This document shows, in pieces, positions 25,392 through 28,506 of a DNA stretch of 28,506 nt. The stretch is from a virus (Duplodnaviria; Caudoviricetes), in IMG/VR virus record IMGVR_UViG_3300012971_000069, positions 1 through 28,506 of that record, one strand, 5' to 3'. Every line of letters starts with the position of its first letter. The stretch's first letter is position 1. The notes under the pieces were generated by a model, which was not told the origin of the DNA, made no database searches, and worked only from the letters and a program-made list of their open reading frames with translations. The position numbers were made by a program, and so were the translations under genes.

Positions 25392-25835
25392 TTAGCCCGC
25401 GGATCGGGTCTCCAGATCGTGCTCGTCTTCGACTTCTGGCTCGGCCGGTCGGAGAGCGCTGAGGAGTCGAATAACCCGGTCCCAATGGACTGCATCCAGA
25501 TGCGCGAGGGCGGCCGCGGATTGCTCGCGTATCCAGTCTTCGTCTGCAGTAAGCCGGGCTCGAGCAGATAGCGCCTCGAGCGTCGCGTGGACCGTGTCAT
25601 AGACTGCCTGTCCCATCCGTTCGCGCTGGGCGAGCGCGCGCGGCTCTTGCGGCCCGTACTCGCGCCACCACGTCTTGATCGTCGAATGCGGCACGCGCAA
25701 CTGCTCGGCGACCTGCTGCGTCGAGTTGCCCGTCAGCAGCAGCGCGATGGCGCGCTGCCGCACCGAGTCGGTGTAGCGCCGCCCGCCACGCCGCGGCCGA
25801 GCATCGTCGTCCAGGACCTCGGTCGCGGTCGTCAC
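25392..25835 (-). CDS. putative terminase small subunit, N-terminal HTH (147 aa)
   Basis: RYTDSVRQRAIALLLTGNSTQQVAEQLRVPHSTIKTW forms an HTH; lies immediately upstream of terL. GATAAT -10-like hexamer is 9 nt before the GTG at 25835. Confidence 0.75.
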   Translation of the reverse strand: MTTATEVLDDDARPRRGGRRYTDSVRQRAIALLLTGNSTQQVAEQLRVPHSTIKTWWREYGPQEPRALAQRERMGQAVYDTVHATLEALSARARLTADEDWIREQSAAALAHLDAVHWDRVIRLLSALRPAEPEVEDEHDLETRSAG

Positions 25836-25934
25836 GGTGCGACCATTATCCCTTACCCCGCAAGACACTCGCCGCGACTAGGCCGTATGCGCGAAAGGAT
25901 GGCAGACTCTAGGCACACGGAGTACACTGGAGGG

Positions 25935-26024
25935 ATGCTCGAACCCGCGTCGGTGGTGCTCGTGTGGGCCGGCTTTTCGATCATGGGCCTGTTAGCCTTG
26001 ATCGTGTTTCTGTCCAGGGACTGA
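25935..26024 (+). CDS. single-TM microprotein (29 aa)
   Basis: MLEPASVVLVWAGFSIMGLLALIVFLSRD. TACACT at 25923-25928 lies 6 nt before the ATG. Confidence 0.55.
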   Translation: MLEPASVVLVWAGFSIMGLLALIVFLSRD

Positions 26025-26053
26025 ACCGCCATGACGTACCAGGGCATCTGACC

Positions 26054-26299
26054 ATGCACTACGATTCGTGGTCCGAGACCAGCGATGACAACGCCCGCTT
26101 CAGTCGCCACCTGTTCGACTGGCTCGTCGCCCGCGACGTCGACACCCGCCACGCCCGCGGCGTCGTCATGCTCGTCCTGCTCGACCACGGCTTCGACGTC
26201 CTCCAGCTCGGACCCCAGGCGTTGTCCGACGACGAGCTCGCCGCTACCGTCGGCGCCATCGCCGATCACCTGCGCCTCGATCGGGCCACCAGGAACTGA
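26054..26299 (+). CDS. hypothetical protein (81 aa)
   Basis: MHYDSWSETSDDNARFSRHLFDWL...; strong C-ending codon bias in this frame. Confidence 0.65.
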   Translation: MHYDSWSETSDDNARFSRHLFDWLVARDVDTRHARGVVMLVLLDHGFDVLQLGPQALSDDELAATVGAIADHLRLDRATRN

Positions 26300-26545
26300 A
26301 GCCGCCCTCAGCGTCTCGGTCGCGCCCGGCCTCGTCCTCCGCGCATAGCTTCCCCGCTTCCAGAGCGTCTCGCGTTCCACGTACACCCCGTACCTGAGTA
26401 CAGCGTGTGATACGCGACTCGGCGGAGTCCCGCGTCCAGGAAGAGGACCCCGGTCTGATCTCGCCTACACCACTCTCGTCCAGACGTCTCCCGTTGACGT
26501 CCAGCGCAGCGCAGCGAACGCGCCCAGCGTACAACACACCGCCAA

Positions 26546-26578
26546 ACCACGTCTAGACCACGTGTCTGACACGTAGCT
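26546..26578. repeat. three 11-bp-phased CACGT-core direct repeats
   Basis: ACCACGTCTAG / ACCACGTGTCT / GACACGTAGCT, with CACGT at 26548, 26559 and 26570. Confidence 0.6.
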
Positions 26579-26656
26579 GGCTAGAGCGACGCGTAGCTTT
26601 GGCCACCGAAACTGCAGACAACAGACGCGTCGCGTTAACCGAGGGGTTTTGGCTTT

Positions 26657-26672
26657 CGTTTAGAACTAAACG
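26657..26672. promoter_or_regulatory. perfect inverted repeat CGTTTAG-AA-CTAAACG (operator-like)
   Basis: AT-rich 7-bp arms about 90 bp upstream of the early promoter. Confidence 0.5.
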
Positions 26673-26750
26673 CTGCTGCTCAGCCATCGATGCCTTAAGG
26701 ACGCGCGCACGCGCGGAGGGCCGGCTCGCCGTGTCTCAACCTGCGCTCAA

Positions 26751-26790
26751 TGTCAAATTAATTGACAGCTTACTGGGCATGCTGCATAGT
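26751..26790 (+). promoter_or_regulatory. sigma70-type early promoter TTGACA-N17-CATAGT with overlapping dyad TGTCAA-N5-TTGACA
   Basis: Consensus -35 at 26762-26767, -10 at 26785-26790, AT-rich upstream flank. Confidence 0.8.
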
Positions 26791-26809
26791 ACTGGCTACC
26801 AAACGAAAC

Positions 26810-26843
26810 GACCCGCTGTGGCGCGCCAACGCTGCAGCGGGTC
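26810..26843 (+). promoter_or_regulatory. 5' UTR stem-loop
   Basis: GACCCGCTG / CAGCGGGTC 9-bp stem, extendable to 14 bp with two G-U pairs; loop CGCCAA; no U-tract. Confidence 0.6.
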
Positions 26844-26846
26844 TGA

Positions 26847-26870
26847 CCAGAACGCGAGGACCTATCTCAC
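26847..26870 (+). repeat. start-associated sequence copy 1 (CCAGAAC-GC-GAGGACCTATCTCAC)
   Basis: 15 bp identical to 27596-27610; contains SD GAGGA. Confidence 0.8.
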
Positions 26871-26873
26871 GCC

Positions 26874-27560
26874 ATGGCTACCGCCACTGTATCCCGCCGT
26901 CCCAAATTTGTGCCCAATACCGCCACACTGCTGCTGACCAGCACATCCAAAATGCCATCCAAGTCATGGTCGCTACCGGCGCGTAAGACGTGCCCTTTTT
27001 CAGTCCATACGCCGGGCGCTATCTGCGAGTTCTGCTACGCCGACAAAGGCCTGTACACCACTTACCCCAATGTCAAACGCGCGCAACACACGCGCTTCGA
27101 CTGGGCCCGCGAGTGCATGCGCACCGAGGAGGGTCGAGCTCTGTTCGTCGCTACGATGGTCGCCGCCATTCGGGGCATGCCCTACTTTCGCGTGCACGAT
27201 TCCGGCGACATGTTCTCACCCATCTACGCGCGTTGCTGGGCCGACATCTGCCGTCAGCTGCCCGACACGAAATTCTGGATTCCCACGCGCTCGCATCGCG
27301 CGCTGTTGGCTACGGGCAGCGCCATGGCCGACATCTGGGCCGAAGCTCTCAACATGCTGAGCATCCTGCCCAACGTCACGCTACGGCCCTCGGCCGACAA
27401 CTTCGGCGATCCTGCGCCCGTGGTCCCGGGTTTCGCAGCCGGTTCTACGGCGTGCGACGAAGGTTTCACCTGCCCTGCGCCACTTCAGAACAACGCGTGC
27501 GGCGACTGTCGCATGTGCTGGGACGCGCCTACCGTTCCGATCAGCTATCGGAAGCACTGA
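26874..27560 (+). CDS. GP88-family (gene product 88-like) radical-SAM-like Fe-S protein (228 aa)
   Basis: SKMPSKSWSLPA..TCP, C-x10-C-x2-C-YA, YFRVHDSGD, FWIPTR and C-terminal C-x8-C-x2-C-x2-C-W. Confidence 0.85.
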   Translation: MATATVSRRPKFVPNTATLLLTSTSKMPSKSWSLPARKTCPFSVHTPGAICEFCYADKGLYTTYPNVKRAQHTRFDWARECMRTEEGRALFVATMVAAIRGMPYFRVHDSGDMFSPIYARCWADICRQLPDTKFWIPTRSHRALLATGSAMADIWAEALNMLSILPNVTLRPSADNFGDPAPVVPGFAAGSTACDEGFTCPAPLQNNACGDCRMCWDAPTVPISYRKH

Positions 27561-27587
27561 CCAATTGTTCGTTCGCCCATTCACTTT

Positions 27588-27610
27588 CCAGAACTGAGGA
27601 CCTATCTCAC
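27588..27610 (+). repeat. start-associated sequence copy 2 (CCAGAAC-T-GAGGACCTATCTCAC)
   Basis: Directly abuts the ATG at 27611. Confidence 0.8.
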
Positions 27611-28186
27611 ATGTACACCCGAGCCAACACCTACCCCGACGCACCCGGCCACTGGACGACGGACGACGGCGAATACGAATTCGTCAAGACTGGCAACACG
27701 TGGACCGCGCGCCGGCGCGATTCCAACCGCATCATCGGCAGCGGTCCTACGCTGGCCGCCGTCATGTCGCTCGCCGGCCGTCACTACATGACACCAGTCG
27801 GCCAGTGGTCCTACGCCATCGACGGTCTGGCCGCCGACGGCGCGCCGATGCGCTACGGACGCGGTGGCTGGAAGCGCGTCCAGCCACCCCATGATCCGGC
27901 ACGCTGCGCTCAGTGTGCGGAGGACGAGTACCGAATGAGCGATCCTACCCATCCACCCCGCAACGCACAGTCGTGGGTCCTCAACGCTGAGCACTCCATC
28001 CGCACGTGGCTGGACACAAACGATCCGGACATCTTCCCCGACGCGTGGTACATCGCGAGTTGTACGTGCGGCTGGCATGCTGCCAGCCAAAACGCTGGCC
28101 TGCGCAATTGGAACGCCGATGGCCACGCAAAAGATGTCACGGGCCGCGCCGTCACGTTGCCCGGCGACAAAGGCCCCTACCTGTGA
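27611..28186 (+). CDS. hypothetical protein (191 aa) with CxxC and CTCGW...H motifs
   Basis: ATG follows the SD-containing repeat. The upstream part of the 26990 ORF overlaps the GP88-like gene and is not credible. Confidence 0.75.
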   Translation: MYTRANTYPDAPGHWTTDDGEYEFVKTGNTWTARRRDSNRIIGSGPTLAAVMSLAGRHYMTPVGQWSYAIDGLAADGAPMRYGRGGWKRVQPPHDPARCAQCAEDEYRMSDPTHPPRNAQSWVLNAEHSIRTWLDTNDPDIFPDAWYIASCTCGWHAASQNAGLRNWNADGHAKDVTGRAVTLPGDKGPYL

Positions 28187-28416
28187 CCGGCACCAACTCT
28201 ACGGACGCGCGCGACATCGTGCGCGCGCTGCGCTCACACTACGGACTCTCCCAGGCTGCCCTCGCGCAGCTCCTGGACGTCACGCGCGTCACCGTCGCCA
28301 ACTGGGAGCGTGGCTTTCCCATGTCGCGCGTCACCCGCTACGCGCTGCTCCACCTCGACTATCGCCTCAACGAACAACTCACCCCTACGGACCCACTCGA
28401 ACATGCCGAAGACTGA
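28183..28416 (+). CDS. XRE/Cro-type HTH transcriptional regulator (77 aa)
   Basis: VRALRSHYGLSQAALAQLLDVTRVTVANWERG; GTGA overlap with the upstream gene. Confidence 0.9.
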   Translation: MTGTNSTDARDIVRALRSHYGLSQAALAQLLDVTRVTVANWERGFPMSRVTRYALLHLDYRLNEQLTPTDPLEHAED

Positions 28417-28506
28417 CCACTCCTCCAGCCCAGACCACCGCCCGGACTTCTGGAAGCCCAACACTTCGTATTCCGCGCCGAAAGGTCAGTTCGACCCCGG
28501 CTACGG
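28403..28506 (+). CDS. 5' fragment of a hypothetical protein, truncated at the window edge
   Basis: ATG at 28403 overlaps the end of the HTH gene and is open to the edge: MPKTDHSSSPDHRPDFWKPNTSYSAPKGQFDPGY. Confidence 0.45.
   Translation, partial: MPKTDHSSSPDHRPDFWKPNTSYSAPKGQFDPGY

Noticed and set aside
26300-26750. CRISPR mini-array or tRNA
   Set aside because: Repeats are at most 11 bp and have no spacers; no cloverleaf or T-loop consensus found by eye.
26728-26756. Leftward promoter from the minus-strand TTGACA
   Set aside because: The position 17 nt downstream reads CACGGC, not a -10 element.

Overview
High-GC (about two-thirds by eye) double-stranded DNA tailed-phage or prophage segment with a podovirus-like virion module. 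Bases 1-25835 form one tightly packed minus-strand operon. In transcription order it encodes HTH small terminase, large terminase, an acidic 112-aa protein, portal, and seven microproteins (27-64 aa; six are missing from the ORF track or appear there only in a longer form). Next come four Gln/Pro/Ala-rich putative ejection proteins; the last has 1990 aa and carries an M23 peptidase, an SLT transglycosylase and a second lysozyme-like domain. These are followed by scaffold, major capsid, decoration-like and C2H2-finger proteins, tail adaptor and nozzle candidates, two fibre proteins, and the truncated start of a probable C39-like peptidase at the left edge. On the plus strand, two small ORFs and about 450 bp of repeat-rich non-coding DNA precede a sigma70-type promoter and an early cassette: GP88-like radical-SAM-type protein, Cys/His protein, XRE HTH. 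Most notable are the microprotein cluster, five consecutive genes in one reading frame, the triple-muralytic giant protein, ejection genes placed before scaffold and capsid, and several repeated cis motifs. No integrase, tRNA, rRNA or CRISPR array was seen. All family assignments are motif recognition by eye; no database search was run.
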